The translations under genes were made by a program, and so were the position numbers. Source: a virus (taxonomy: Duplodnaviria; Caudoviricetes). Taken from it: 57,860 nt of DNA. Under the pieces are notes generated by a model. It saw only the letters and a program-made list of their open reading frames with translations. It was not told the DNA's origin and did no database searches. Of this stretch, positions 18,578-28,403 are shown one piece after another. Location of the stretch: IMG/VR virus record IMGVR_UViG_3300028920_002366, positions 1 to 57,860 of that record; one strand, given 5' to 3'. Each line of letters starts with the position of its first letter. Position 1 is the first letter of the stretch.

Positions 18578-18867
18578 AAACAAAAGTATTAAAAATATTA
18601 ATTATAATATATGTAATTACTTGTTTTGTGTATGTTGGTATAAGTATAACTCATATATATTTTCTGTTTTTTCAAAACAATTCAATTTGGTTAGAGAAAA
18701 TAAGGTTATTATTGCTTTCTGTACTTAGTACAATAATGTTACAGACAGTAATAATTTATTTTTATAATATATTTTTAGCAAAAGCAAAAGCAAAAGCAAA
18801 AGCAAAAGCAAAAGCAAAAGCAAAAGCAAAAGCAATAAAGGAGTTAAAAGATGTTTTCAAAAACTGA
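18574..18867 (+). CDS. Small membrane protein with an (AK)9 tail; apparent start codon is CTG
   Basis: The frame is open from CTG AAA ACA AAA GTA (xKTKVLKILII...), overlapping the copy F stop. Two hydrophobic segments. Confidence 0.45.
   Translation: MKTKVLKILIIIYVITCFVYVGISITHIYFLFFQNNSIWLEKIRLLLLSVLSTIMLQTVIIYFYNIFLAKAKAKAKAKAKAKAKAKAIKELKDVFKN
18778..18834. repeat. (GCAAAA)9 microsatellite
   Basis: Perfect hexamer tandem repeat. Confidence 0.95.
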
Positions 18868-19366
18868 TCATGTTAGAATTATCGAAGAAATAGCTCGTGG
18901 TATGGCATTAGCAGGCATAGCTAATAGATACCTTGAGCTAGGTATTGCTAAGTGCAAGTGTTTTAACAAAATAGCAAAATATTTTAAGGTGGTTGAATCT
19001 GTGGATATAAATAATTGCATAGGGTATATTGACGATGTTATATTTGAAGAAAAACATTGTTATAATTATGTATCAACAACTGACGAGTATTTCGCAAGGT
19101 TTTATGTCGATGACTTTGTTTTTAATTTAGTTTTCATTGATGCATCACACAAATTTGAAAATGTTAAAAAAGATTTTGAAAACTCATTGAAATGTCTTGC
19201 AAAAAATGGTATAATAATAATACATGATACTCACAGTCCAAGCAAAGAATGGGACCAGCACTGTGAGGATGCTCATAAAATAGAGCCTTACATCAAAAAA
19301 AAATACCCTGAGTTATCAGTATTCACGATACCACTTTTTTTTGGTCTTACTTTAGTTAGATATTAA
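18851..19366 (+). CDS. Class I SAM-dependent methyltransferase (Methyltransf_24-like)
   Basis: YLELG, LVFIDASH.FE.VKKD and GIIIIHD motifs. Confidence 0.85.
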   Translation: MFSKTDHVRIIEEIARGMALAGIANRYLELGIAKCKCFNKIAKYFKVVESVDINNCIGYIDDVIFEEKHCYNYVSTTDEYFARFYVDDFVFNLVFIDASHKFENVKKDFENSLKCLAKNGIIIIHDTHSPSKEWDQHCEDAHKIEPYIKKKYPELSVFTIPLFFGLTLVRY

Positions 19367-19367
19367 T

Positions 19368-19628
19368 ATGGAGGCTGCTGTGCAAAAAATAATAAAAAAA
19401 AGACAAGTCGTATTAGAGGATAATTTTTTAGGCAATATAAAGCTTCTAAAGTCAATTGCAAACATGTGGACGGTGAATGGTAAGTTATCTCTTAGGAAAT
19501 TACTAAAATTTGCAATGGACGGAAGGAGTGTGGATACGTTGTTTAAAACATTAATGCAAATTAAGTGTCATACAATTGAAATGCACGCACTTGAGAATAC
19601 TCTCAAAAGAATCGGGGTAGAGGAATGA
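19368..19628 (+). CDS. Hypothetical protein
   Basis: Fits the operon spacing. Confidence 0.5.
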   Translation: MEAAVQKIIKKRQVVLEDNFLGNIKLLKSIANMWTVNGKLSLRKLLKFAMDGRSVDTLFKTLMQIKCHTIEMHALENTLKRIGVEE

Positions 19629-19650
19629 GGAAGTTAACGAATATAGTTTT

Positions 19651-19887
19651 TTGGAGAATGGTATAAATTACATTTTGATGGAGTTGATTGGTATGAAAAA
19701 AGATCCTAAATGTTACAACACAAACTGTTTTGGCAGAAAAGTAAGAGTATATATAAACGGCGGTGAATACGACGGTATATTTTTAAAATTTGCTGGATTA
19801 ATGACTGATACATATAGTTGTGTCATAGAAAACGAAGAAGGAGATGTTAATCTTGAAGACGTTAAAAATATTAAATTCATGGACTAA
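19651..19887 (+). CDS. Hypothetical protein (start uncertain)
   Basis: Small beta-rich phage-type ORF (G.FL.F...VIENEEG.V). Confidence 0.5.
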   Translation: MENGINYILMELIGMKKDPKCYNTNCFGRKVRVYINGGEYDGIFLKFAGLMTDTYSCVIENEEGDVNLEDVKNIKFMD

Positions 19888-19937
19888 AGATGTACAAAAC
19901 AAAAACAACATATACAGACAAAAAAAAGATAATAAAA

Positions 19938-21119
19938 ATGAGTAGAAAAATATTTCTTGATTGTGGAGCATGGAAAGGTAACTCAGTCTCAAAATTCATA
20001 GAAATTTTCGAAGACGCAGATAAATATAAGATATATTGTTTCGAGCCTGATCCAAATTGCATCAAAATTCTTAATCAAATTCAGGATTTTCGATTATATG
20101 ATATAGAAGTAATTAATGCTGCTTGTTGGATATCAGATTGTCAAAAAACTTTGAGGGTAGGCAGAAGTTCTGAATCTAATAGTCTTGTTAAGACAAAAAC
20201 AATCAAAGGGTACCAAAAAAGTAACAATATCTTAGTTGATTGTATAGATTTGCCAAAATTGATTCGGGAAAAGTTCGATATTGGTGATTATATTGTGCTG
20301 AAAATGAATATTGAAGGAGCTGAGTACGAAATTCTAGACAAAATGATATCTGACGGCAGTATATATTATATCGATGAATTGTATGTAGATTTTCATTATG
20401 GCAAAATCAAGAACTTTGACAATGCTAAGCATTATCAAATTATCGACAAGCTTGAGAGATTGGGATTATATCCCAAAAAATGGTCATTAGACCATAAGAA
20501 AAAAGTAGTATATTCAGTAATCACAGGAAAAGATAGTGTATATCAACTCAATGAGCCAAAAATAGTTACACCTGGATGGGATTATATATGTTTCACCGAC
20601 AAAAAAATTAATTCAGATATTTGGGAAATTGTCAAAATTCAAAAGTATAGTATATCCCCACAAAAAATGTCCCGCAAAATTAAAATATTGTCAACAACTT
20701 TCCTTTCAGAATATGATTTTTCCTTATATATAGACAGTAGATTTACCATACAATGCAATCTTGACAAATTTCTCAAATCATCTGATGCAAAAAATAATGA
20801 TATTGTTGTGATGCGGCACAATAAAAGAAAATGTGCTTATAAGGAGGCACTAAAACTAAAAATATATACTTCAAAACAAATCAACAGATATGCAAAAGAA
20901 AATTTTCCTAATAATTTTGGCCTATTTGCACCGGGAATAATGATAAGAAACCACAAATCAAAAAATCTTAGCAATATGCTAAGATGTTGGTGGAACGAGG
21001 TATTACTTGGATCACACAGAGACCAAATAAGTCTTGCATATTCAATTTGGAAACATCCAAAAATTAAAATTAATTTGTTAGATTTCAATAAAACTTATAC
21101 AAAGTTCATGGCTAGGTAG
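19938..21119 (+). CDS. FkbM-family methyltransferase fused to a DUF616-like glycosyltransferase domain
   Basis: N-terminal IFLDCGA.KG, FEP, LKMNIEGAEY. C-terminal VVYS.ITG, DYICFTD, SLYID, RH..R.C.Y.E, RDQISL. Confidence 0.8.
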   Translation: MSRKIFLDCGAWKGNSVSKFIEIFEDADKYKIYCFEPDPNCIKILNQIQDFRLYDIEVINAACWISDCQKTLRVGRSSESNSLVKTKTIKGYQKSNNILVDCIDLPKLIREKFDIGDYIVLKMNIEGAEYEILDKMISDGSIYYIDELYVDFHYGKIKNFDNAKHYQIIDKLERLGLYPKKWSLDHKKKVVYSVITGKDSVYQLNEPKIVTPGWDYICFTDKKINSDIWEIVKIQKYSISPQKMSRKIKILSTTFLSEYDFSLYIDSRFTIQCNLDKFLKSSDAKNNDIVVMRHNKRKCAYKEALKLKIYTSKQINRYAKENFPNNFGLFAPGIMIRNHKSKNLSNMLRCWWNEVLLGSHRDQISLAYSIWKHPKIKINLLDFNKTYTKFMAR

Positions 21120-21128
21120 TATTAACAA

Positions 21129-21584
21129 ATGGGAAACAAAAGTAGTTGTTTTGCGGATATATTAAAAAAGACTAGGCTACAACTTGTTGAAATTAAACAA
21201 ATTCCAGTGGCTAACATAAAGTGTCAGTATAACCCAGATAGATTCAAATTTTGGGAAAAAGTTTGTGGTAGTTCGCTTAATATTAATACTGGACCTTTTT
21301 GGTATTATCTTGAAACTGGTAATACTTGCAAATATTTTGAAGTTTTTCGAGGATATGGTAGATCGAATAAATGGATTATTAGAAATATAATTGATTTTAA
21401 TAGCCTTATTAAAGACGTTAAAAAAAATGGAATCAGAGAACTCCCTCTTGTTTTGAAAAAGCCTCTTGTGAAAAATGATTATAATGACGGGTATGAAATA
21501 TTTGAAGGTCACAGGAGGCTTTCTATTGCATTGCACTTCAACATTCGTCAAAAAATTAAATTATGTGAGGTAGTTAATGAATAA
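21129..21584 (+). CDS. ParB/sulfiredoxin-like domain protein
   Basis: SLIKDVKKNG..P..YEIFEGHRRLSIA. Confidence 0.7.
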   Translation: MGNKSSCFADILKKTRLQLVEIKQIPVANIKCQYNPDRFKFWEKVCGSSLNINTGPFWYYLETGNTCKYFEVFRGYGRSNKWIIRNIIDFNSLIKDVKKNGIRELPLVLKKPLVKNDYNDGYEIFEGHRRLSIALHFNIRQKIKLCEVVNE

Positions 21585-22245
21585 TAATTTAGGTGATATC
21601 TTAGATAAAAAAGATACTTCGGCAAATTTTCTGGTACTCGGGTCTGGTACAACAGTGGGTAAATATATTGAAAACTTAAAAAAGTTTATCGTAAAACAAA
21701 ACTGCCTTGTTATTGGGATAAATAATGTTCATCCAGATATTTTTCCACATTTTCATTTTTTTACTAATACTAAGAGATTTCAAAAGTATTATAAAAATGT
21801 TAAGGATGAATCGGCTCTTATTATAAGTAATAATATAAATGTGGAGTATGATTTTTTGGACGATTATATCCAGCTTAACAGACCTTATTACCGAATTCAA
21901 TATCATGACTTTGTTTTTGATGGAGTATACAAAAAACCGAGTATTGTCACTGACACTATTATGGGATCATTTCGGACTGCTGGTGTACTTGCTATATATT
22001 TGTGTAAGTTACTCGGTGGCATTGAAATATATGTTGCAGGTATGGACGGATATGGGTATAATATTAACCAACAACATTATTATGTCGACAAAGATGATGA
22101 TGATACAGAGCAATCGGCCAAAGAAAAAGATATAGTGATTAATAGATGTCTGGATTTAGTTGCCGAAAAGGTTAATTTTGGGATAATAACCCCTACTATA
22201 TACAAAAAACATAAAAACTATCATTATTGGAAAGATTTTAGGTGA
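21577..22245 (+). CDS. DUF115/Maf-like Rossmann protein (sugar-transferase or aldolase-associated domain)
   Basis: LVLGSG.T, VIGINN, FTN.KRF, A..LG..EIYVAGMDGY motifs. Confidence 0.6.
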   Translation: MNNNLGDILDKKDTSANFLVLGSGTTVGKYIENLKKFIVKQNCLVIGINNVHPDIFPHFHFFTNTKRFQKYYKNVKDESALIISNNINVEYDFLDDYIQLNRPYYRIQYHDFVFDGVYKKPSIVTDTIMGSFRTAGVLAIYLCKLLGGIEIYVAGMDGYGYNINQQHYYVDKDDDDTEQSAKEKDIVINRCLDLVAEKVNFGIITPTIYKKHKNYHYWKDFR

Positions 22246-22257
22246 AAGGAATCAAAA

Positions 22258-22428
22258 ATGTTCAAACTAACTGAAGCAGAAATAATATTTTTAAAATCTC
22301 TTAAAAATAGGTGTTCGGGACTATCTGGGTGTAATATGTGTAGATTTAACGTAAATAACAAATGTTATCTTGCGGTATTGCCTCTAAACTTAAAAATAGA
22401 AGAGATTATTGAGATTAATAAGGAGTAA
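22258..22428 (+). CDS. Small Cys-rich protein
   Basis: AAAGGA RBS; C-x5-CNMCRF..C pattern, similar to ORF 34123. Confidence 0.5.
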   Translation: MFKLTEAEIIFLKSLKNRCSGLSGCNMCRFNVNNKCYLAVLPLNLKIEEIIEINKE

Positions 22429-22429
22429 T

Positions 22430-23089
22430 ATGAAAAAAATAAATATAATAGCAAGTAGAGATATAAATATTAATATATGCGGCATAGAATATTCTTGGCC
22501 GAAAGGAAATGTTTTAAATGTTTTGTGTTTTAATGGAGATATTTCTATGTCATCAGCCAATGGCGAAGATTTTTACGATTTAGACACAAAAGTATTCTAT
22601 TTTTGTTTTGGCTATATGGCGTATGAAAAGATATACGGTTTTGAGGAGTTTCAAAAAAAGAAAAATAAAAAAAACAAAAAGAAAGATTGTACAATAAATA
22701 AACACCTGAAAAGGATAACAGAACTATATAACAAAACAACGTGCTTTGGTGAGTCTTATGATGACTATAGGATATATTTGTCTTGGAAATTTATATTAGC
22801 AGAAATCCAAAAATATGATATAGATAGTTATAATTATGAACACATAATTAATAATTTGAAATATTATATAGAATCATATGAAATGTCATGGCGCGAATTA
22901 GAAGATTGGAGATTCCATCCAACTGTTGAGAATGTTCTTCTCTATGAAAAAGCTATAATAGGCCATATTGCAACAACTACAAAAGAAGATTTTGAAGAAA
23001 TATATGAAGGTATTGAAAAAACACGCGAATGGTTATACAATTTCTGGGAAGAAAAATTAGAACAAAAAAGAATAGATTACCGTTATTAA
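22430..23089 (+). CDS. Hypothetical protein
   Basis: AGGAG RBS and a long ORF. Confidence 0.6.
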   Translation: MKKINIIASRDININICGIEYSWPKGNVLNVLCFNGDISMSSANGEDFYDLDTKVFYFCFGYMAYEKIYGFEEFQKKKNKKNKKKDCTINKHLKRITELYNKTTCFGESYDDYRIYLSWKFILAEIQKYDIDSYNYEHIINNLKYYIESYEMSWRELEDWRFHPTVENVLLYEKAIIGHIATTTKEDFEEIYEGIEKTREWLYNFWEEKLEQKRIDYRY

Positions 23090-23106
23090 TACTAAGAAAG
23101 GAATAG

Positions 23107-24126
23107 ATGAAACTACTAGACTGTACTCTTAGAGATGGAGGATACCTTACAAATTGGGATTGGAAAATAAGCCTGGTGAAAAAATACCTTGAAGTAATGT
23201 CAAAATATGTGGATATAATTGAGCTTGGGTATAGATCACCGAAAAATGAGAAATTTCATAAATATGGTGATTATAGATTTTGTGATGATGCTATATTAGG
23301 AAAAATATTTAGCTTTGCTGATATTAATCCAAGAGCTGAATTTGGCGTAATGGTAGACCTTAAAGATTATGTTGAAAACGGATATTTGGATTGGGGATTA
23401 TTGGAAAATAATTTCTATCCCAATACATGTGATATCGTATTCGATTGGGTTCGTATTGCTATATCTGCAGACCAATGGGATCAGTGTAAGCCAGCTATTG
23501 CGATATTGAAAGATCTCGGATACAAGATAATTGTTTCAGTGATGAAATGCAGCACTGTAGAAAAACAGATATTGCAAACAAAAGAAGACTTTGAATTAGC
23601 TTATGACATAGATGTAATGTATATAGCTGATTCTTTTGGTGCTTGTTACGGCGATATAATGAATCAGAGACTAGACCAGATATGGGCAAGAAAGATTATC
23701 GATACAGAGGTAGGAAACAATCTCTACGGGATACATTGCCACAATCATCTTAATATGGCTTTTGCTAATTGTATTAATACAAGGGTACATTATTGTGACG
23801 GGACTATATGTGGGTTAGGTCGAGGTCCTGGTAATTGTGACATTGAAGATATTATAGCCTATAGAGACTGTGTTGTTCCAGAAGACATTGAAAATCTAAG
23901 AAAGGAACATTTCGAAAAACTCAAATTATTATGTGATTGTCACACAAATAATGCCTACAGGTACAGTGCTATCAACAACATACACCCTAGATATGTCGAT
24001 CATATCAAAAACAAGTTGAATATTGAATCAGAGTTTGGTACAATTAAGATATTGGAAAAATTATCTTATGATGATTATGAAAACTTTAATTCGAACTACA
24101 AAAAAAAGGGGGGCTGTGATGATTAA
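23107..24126 (+). CDS. DRE-TIM (HMGL-like) aldolase
   Basis: LLDCTLRDGGY, IELG, IADSFG, GIHCHN..MA.AN and DGT..GLGRGPGN motifs. Confidence 0.85.
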   Translation: MKLLDCTLRDGGYLTNWDWKISLVKKYLEVMSKYVDIIELGYRSPKNEKFHKYGDYRFCDDAILGKIFSFADINPRAEFGVMVDLKDYVENGYLDWGLLENNFYPNTCDIVFDWVRIAISADQWDQCKPAIAILKDLGYKIIVSVMKCSTVEKQILQTKEDFELAYDIDVMYIADSFGACYGDIMNQRLDQIWARKIIDTEVGNNLYGIHCHNHLNMAFANCINTRVHYCDGTICGLGRGPGNCDIEDIIAYRDCVVPEDIENLRKEHFEKLKLLCDCHTNNAYRYSAINNIHPRYVDHIKNKLNIESEFGTIKILEKLSYDDYENFNSNYKKKGGCDD

Positions 24127-24832
24127 AATACTAATTCCAGTGAGAATGGGATCTACTAGATTCCCAGGAAAATGCTTCAAAAAAATAAAAGGAAAAACAA
24201 TACTACAAAGAGTATACGAAACTTGCAGAAATTATTATCTTAATACAGAAGTAATAGCAGATTTTCCTTGGTGTCAAGCATCTTATATTAATAAGTCTGA
24301 TTTTAGTAATATTAATAACGAATGCTGTACTGGTACTGACAGAGTGCGCATGTATATCGAAAGTAGTAATGGATATAATGACAGTGATACTATAATAATA
24401 GTTCAGGCGGATGAACCTATGATCAAAATAGAGGATGTCCAAAAAATATATTATGCGAAACTAGCTAATCCTGATTCTATTTTTGGTATGTGTTGTGGTT
24501 TTTTCGCAGAAGAAGACAATGTGCACACGCCAAAAGTGATATTAAGAAATCATAACGATATTTCTGATCTTATCTATATATCGCGGACGATTAAGCCTAC
24601 TATACAGATGTGCTATAAGCAAATTGGGGTATATGCTTACACAGTAAGGCAATTGATAGATATATACGATAATAATGAAAGAGGCCTACTTGAGTCTATC
24701 GAAGATGTGGAATTACTTAGATGTATAGACAAAGGGTATGATGTTAAGATGATATATACCAGTAATAGTTATCAGGCAGTTGATGTACCGTCAGATATAC
24801 AAAAAGTAGAAAGGTTAATGAAAAATGGTTAG
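24119..24832 (+). CDS. kdsB: CMP-Kdo synthetase-like cytidylyltransferase
   Basis: IP.RMGSTRFPGK, TGTDRV, VQADEP, YISR, IGVYAY, LESIEDVELLR and VDVPSD motifs. Confidence 0.8.
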   Translation: MIKILIPVRMGSTRFPGKCFKKIKGKTILQRVYETCRNYYLNTEVIADFPWCQASYINKSDFSNINNECCTGTDRVRMYIESSNGYNDSDTIIIVQADEPMIKIEDVQKIYYAKLANPDSIFGMCCGFFAEEDNVHTPKVILRNHNDISDLIYISRTIKPTIQMCYKQIGVYAYTVRQLIDIYDNNERGLLESIEDVELLRCIDKGYDVKMIYTSNSYQAVDVPSDIQKVERLMKNG

Positions 24833-25415
24833 AAATCATATATTCGTAACAGGTTTCGAATCGTCTGGCACTACTATGTTAAGGCGAATAATATCTATGC
24901 ATCCATGCCTGCAAAAAGACCTTATTCATGAAGGGAAAAAACTTTTTTCATATAGCGATAGAAATGATGCTGATATGCGGTATGGAGATAAGTATACAAG
25001 TGTAGTAAGTGGTGAAAAAATACCTTATTTTTGTAATCATGAGTATGTAGTGCAATATATTAGGCGATGGAAACAGTATTGGCCTAATGCTCCAATCTTC
25101 CATATAATACGCAATCAAGCCAAAATTGCTGCGTCATCAGCCAGAAGGTTTGGTAGGTCTTATGATTACACTATGGATACATACAAAAAAAACGAGAATT
25201 ATATGCGTGCTTTCCTACAGGATATATCTGATGTACAACATGTTTTCTATGAGCTATTTGTTGTAGAGCCAATCAGGACCGTGAAAAGTATATATGATTA
25301 TATTGGTGGTGATGTTAGCTACCAATACATCAGAAAAGTTATATCTACTAGAGACCCATGGTATTATGGGAAGAAGCGGTGTTGTGGTTTGAGATACAAA
25401 GAAACAGTTAAGTAA
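24825..25415 (+). CDS. Sulfotransferase-family protein
   Basis: IFVTG..SGTTMLRRI..HP, GEK.P, HIIR and YE..V.EP motifs. Confidence 0.75.
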   Translation: MVRNHIFVTGFESSGTTMLRRIISMHPCLQKDLIHEGKKLFSYSDRNDADMRYGDKYTSVVSGEKIPYFCNHEYVVQYIRRWKQYWPNAPIFHIIRNQAKIAASSARRFGRSYDYTMDTYKKNENYMRAFLQDISDVQHVFYELFVVEPIRTVKSIYDYIGGDVSYQYIRKVISTRDPWYYGKKRCCGLRYKETVK

Positions 25416-25433
25416 TACTATATAGGAGGAATT

Positions 25434-25649
25434 ATGGGTATCTTAAAAGATTTATTTAAAACAATGCTTAAAACAAAAAAAACTACCACTGTGATAGAAG
25501 AACAGCTGGTTATCGGGTTTGTAGAGTGTAACGAATGTGGTATACAGTGGGAAGCTCTTACATATAATAGTTGTGTCGAACGATTACAGTGTCCAAAATG
25601 TTGTAAACAAAATTCTAAAGTTATTGGTGCAACATCAAACGGGAGGTAA
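25434..25649 (+). CDS. Zn-ribbon protein
   Basis: CNECG..W and CPKC motifs; strong RBS. Confidence 0.65.
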   Translation: MGILKDLFKTMLKTKKTTTVIEEQLVIGFVECNECGIQWEALTYNSCVERLQCPKCCKQNSKVIGATSNGR

Positions 25650-25650
25650 A

Positions 25651-25908
25651 ATGAAAAAAGAAAAAAGAGAAATTTGGGTAGATATTAATGGTGGAATACA
25701 TTTAACAGCACTAGAATGTATAGAAAAGGATAAGTTAATATATCAGTGTAAAATTGATGAAATTATCTATAAAATAAAAGACCATGTAAATTATGGAACA
25801 ACTTTGTTAGATGATATAGAGAAACTCAAAAAAATAAAAGATGAATATAGGGATATACTAATGACTTACGAAGAATTAAAGACACAAATAAAAGGAATTA
25901 GAAAATGA
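25651..25908 (+). CDS. Hypothetical protein
   Basis: GGAGG RBS before ATG 25651. Confidence 0.6.
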   Translation: MKKEKREIWVDINGGIHLTALECIEKDKLIYQCKIDEIIYKIKDHVNYGTTLLDDIEKLKKIKDEYRDILMTYEELKTQIKGIRK

Positions 25909-26189
25909 ATAAAATAAAAATATCCTCAACCTGCTATGTAGTTGTATTAATAATAGCTATAATGTGCAATTGTATTAGTGTAGAGAAACAACAAGCGATC
26001 CTTAATCATGAGTTTGGCGATGGTTTTGTAATTAAACCAATGAAAAGTTTCAAAATTGAAGATAAATATAGTAATGCTCACGTAAAATACGTTGCTATTA
26101 ATTGTTCTACTGTGTTAATTATTAACATAGATGCAATTAATGGTGAATTTTGGATAACTCACAAAATACCAATTGAATGCGAGGAATAG
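25905..26189 (+). CDS. Possible lipoprotein or secreted protein
   Basis: Signal-like N-terminus followed by Cys. Confidence 0.5.
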   Translation: MNKIKISSTCYVVVLIIAIMCNCISVEKQQAILNHEFGDGFVIKPMKSFKIEDKYSNAHVKYVAINCSTVLIINIDAINGEFWITHKIPIECEE

Positions 26190-26588
26190 ATGAAAAATAG
26201 TTTTGACTTGTACATACAAATATATACAGGTATATACAGTAAACAAGTAATGAAAGAAAGATGGGAGGAAATAGCAGGGAAAAAATTTATTGATAAGCAC
26301 AAATTGCTCAAAAATCAAATAAAAAAAGCTTTTCAATTATGTAGGCAACTACAAGATAACAGAAACTTTATAGGTCATTATAGATACGGAGCACTTAATC
26401 CAAAGAAACACAAAACATTTAGTCTTTTATCTGAGGCAAAAAAAAGAATAGACAAATTCGATCAAACAAAAAATTTAGAACATATTATAGATGCTATTAA
26501 TATGCTTAATATTAGATTCTATTGCGGCGTGAAAAATGGCGAAAAATTAGAACCTATAGACGATGGTGAACATGCAGCAAGAAAATAA
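26190..26588 (+). CDS. Hypothetical phage protein
   Basis: GHYRYG...NLEHIIDA.N...DDGEH, a nucleotide-pyrophosphatase-like helical pattern (weak). Confidence 0.6.
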   Translation: MKNSFDLYIQIYTGIYSKQVMKERWEEIAGKKFIDKHKLLKNQIKKAFQLCRQLQDNRNFIGHYRYGALNPKKHKTFSLLSEAKKRIDKFDQTKNLEHIIDAINMLNIRFYCGVKNGEKLEPIDDGEHAARK

Positions 26589-26638
26589 ATTTTAAGATAG
26601 TATAACTAAATGATTTTAAACATGTTAAGAAATAGTTC

Positions 26639-26667
26639 TTGATCTTTTTTCTTTTTGGGGGTATCAT
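26639..26667 (+). promoter_or_regulatory. sigma70-type promoter
   Basis: TTGATC-17-TATCAT in an intergenic gap. Confidence 0.55.
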
Positions 26668-26711
26668 TAAGTATAAGGAAAAATAAACAAAAACACAAAA
26701 AAGGGTATATC

Positions 26712-27104
26712 ATGGCAGCAATAGACACAATCAAAAAAACAATCGAAGATCAAAAAAATTACATCAAAAGATTTAAAAGTTCTTATGAAAAAAAATTAGC
26801 TAAAGTTGAAAAGATTGAAAAATTAGCATTAGCTCACCCTGAATACTGGGATTGTCGTGGTGACGATTTGACAAATTATGAAAAAGTCGAAGATATTACA
26901 CTCAGTAATTTTGATGTACCGGAAGAAAAAGCAACAGAAAATAACATAATTGGAAAATTGATTGCTATTGGTGGCAAAGAATGGAAGGGCGGAGCAAATC
27001 ACAGAGTATATTTTAAAAATAAAGTATTTTTTGATATGAAAACTGAAAAAATTATTGGCTCTGATTCTATCGAAATAGAAAAAATTCAAAAAGCTATAGC
27101 GTAA
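26712..27104 (+). CDS. Hypothetical phage protein
   Basis: Start moved to ATG 26712. C-terminal GGKEWKGG..HRVYF motif. Confidence 0.65.
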   Translation: MAAIDTIKKTIEDQKNYIKRFKSSYEKKLAKVEKIEKLALAHPEYWDCRGDDLTNYEKVEDITLSNFDVPEEKATENNIIGKLIAIGGKEWKGGANHRVYFKNKVFFDMKTEKIIGSDSIEIEKIQKAIA

Positions 27105-27124
27105 AATATATTACAGGGGGTTTA

Positions 27125-28072
27125 ATGGTTTGGTTACTGTTACGAGGTGAATGGGACGAAAGAACAGCGTTATCAATCAAAACAGATGATGATTTGTATA
27201 TTCAGTTGTTTTCAGAATTGTTGAATAATGATGATACTGGAGTGGTATTTTTCAAATCAAACAAAAAACGAAAAATACGGTATAACGATAAAATAACAAT
27301 ATATAGTGACTACGAAAAAAACGCAGACAACCGTTATGCCGTATTTTCTTCTGCTAACATCGTTATGTCTAGGGGTGGGTTTCAGTGGCAAGTAGACGTG
27401 TTAAACAGTCTACCGGACAAAACGATTAAGATACGTTATGGTGCTGGCAGAAGGTTTCTGCCAGAGAATGAACAATATCACCTGGTATTAGTCGATACTG
27501 AAAAACAAAAAGAACAAGTAGAGGCCGTATATCCAAATATTAATACAGCCATCTTTTTAAAACCAGCAGCAAGACAGTTCCAACCAGACAATGCCGTAAA
27601 AAAAGAATACGATGTGTGCTACATTGCTAATTCACAACAAGCCCGGTGGAAGGGGCTTGAGTGGGTCTATGCAACAGCTCCGAAGGACCTTAAAATATTA
27701 CATCTTGGTTATCCTCCGAAACAGAAAGGTCCTCAAAACATAACAAATAAAAGAATAAATCGCATTGATATGCCAGGTATGATTAATAAGTGCAAGGTTG
27801 GTATAGTACCTTATTGGAATGGTATTGATAGTTGTCCACGAGCTTTGATCGAAATGATATCTTGTGGCTTACCTGTTGCAATGTCTAATGATACAAATAT
27901 AGACTTGCAAAGTTATGATAGATATGGTACAATTATACCACTAGCAAAAGATGAATTTTGGTTAGGCGTACAAAGGATGGCAATCCGCTATGAGTGGTTT
28001 TTCCCTTATAATATAGAAAAATTAGATATCAATGTAGCTGCAAAATCACTCAAACAACAATTGTGGGGGTAA
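27125..28072 (+). CDS. GT-B glycosyltransferase
   Basis: KEYDVCYIA and DSCPRALIEMISCGLPV motifs. Confidence 0.75.
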   Translation: MVWLLLRGEWDERTALSIKTDDDLYIQLFSELLNNDDTGVVFFKSNKKRKIRYNDKITIYSDYEKNADNRYAVFSSANIVMSRGGFQWQVDVLNSLPDKTIKIRYGAGRRFLPENEQYHLVLVDTEKQKEQVEAVYPNINTAIFLKPAARQFQPDNAVKKEYDVCYIANSQQARWKGLEWVYATAPKDLKILHLGYPPKQKGPQNITNKRINRIDMPGMINKCKVGIVPYWNGIDSCPRALIEMISCGLPVAMSNDTNIDLQSYDRYGTIIPLAKDEFWLGVQRMAIRYEWFFPYNIEKLDINVAAKSLKQQLWG

Positions 28073-28073
28073 T

Positions 28074-28403
28074 ATGAAAAAAGACAGTTTTTTAAAATTC
28101 TTGCAAGATTCTGAAAAATTTTGGGATAAAATGAATAAGTTCAAATTTTTTGGGACTAGCTATAGCCCCGAGTTTGAAGATCAAGATGAAATACATTTCG
28201 TTTGTTACGCAAAAAAACTTGATCCAGTTGTTTTAGAAACAATTATGTCAGGTAAAAAAACAAAAACATGTCATTACGGCGGAAATTACGAAGAAAAGGT
28301 TTGTAGTCCTGAATCTGAGTCATATACCAACACTCTTGAAGTTTATAAAATTGAAAGGTTCTGTTTTTTTGTATATTCAGACAAAAGGATGAAAAATGGA
28401 TAA
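28074..28403 (+). CDS. Hypothetical protein
   Basis: Overlap-coupled ORF. Confidence 0.55.
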   Translation: MKKDSFLKFLQDSEKFWDKMNKFKFFGTSYSPEFEDQDEIHFVCYAKKLDPVVLETIMSGKKTKTCHYGGNYEEKVCSPESESYTNTLEVYKIERFCFFVYSDKRMKNG

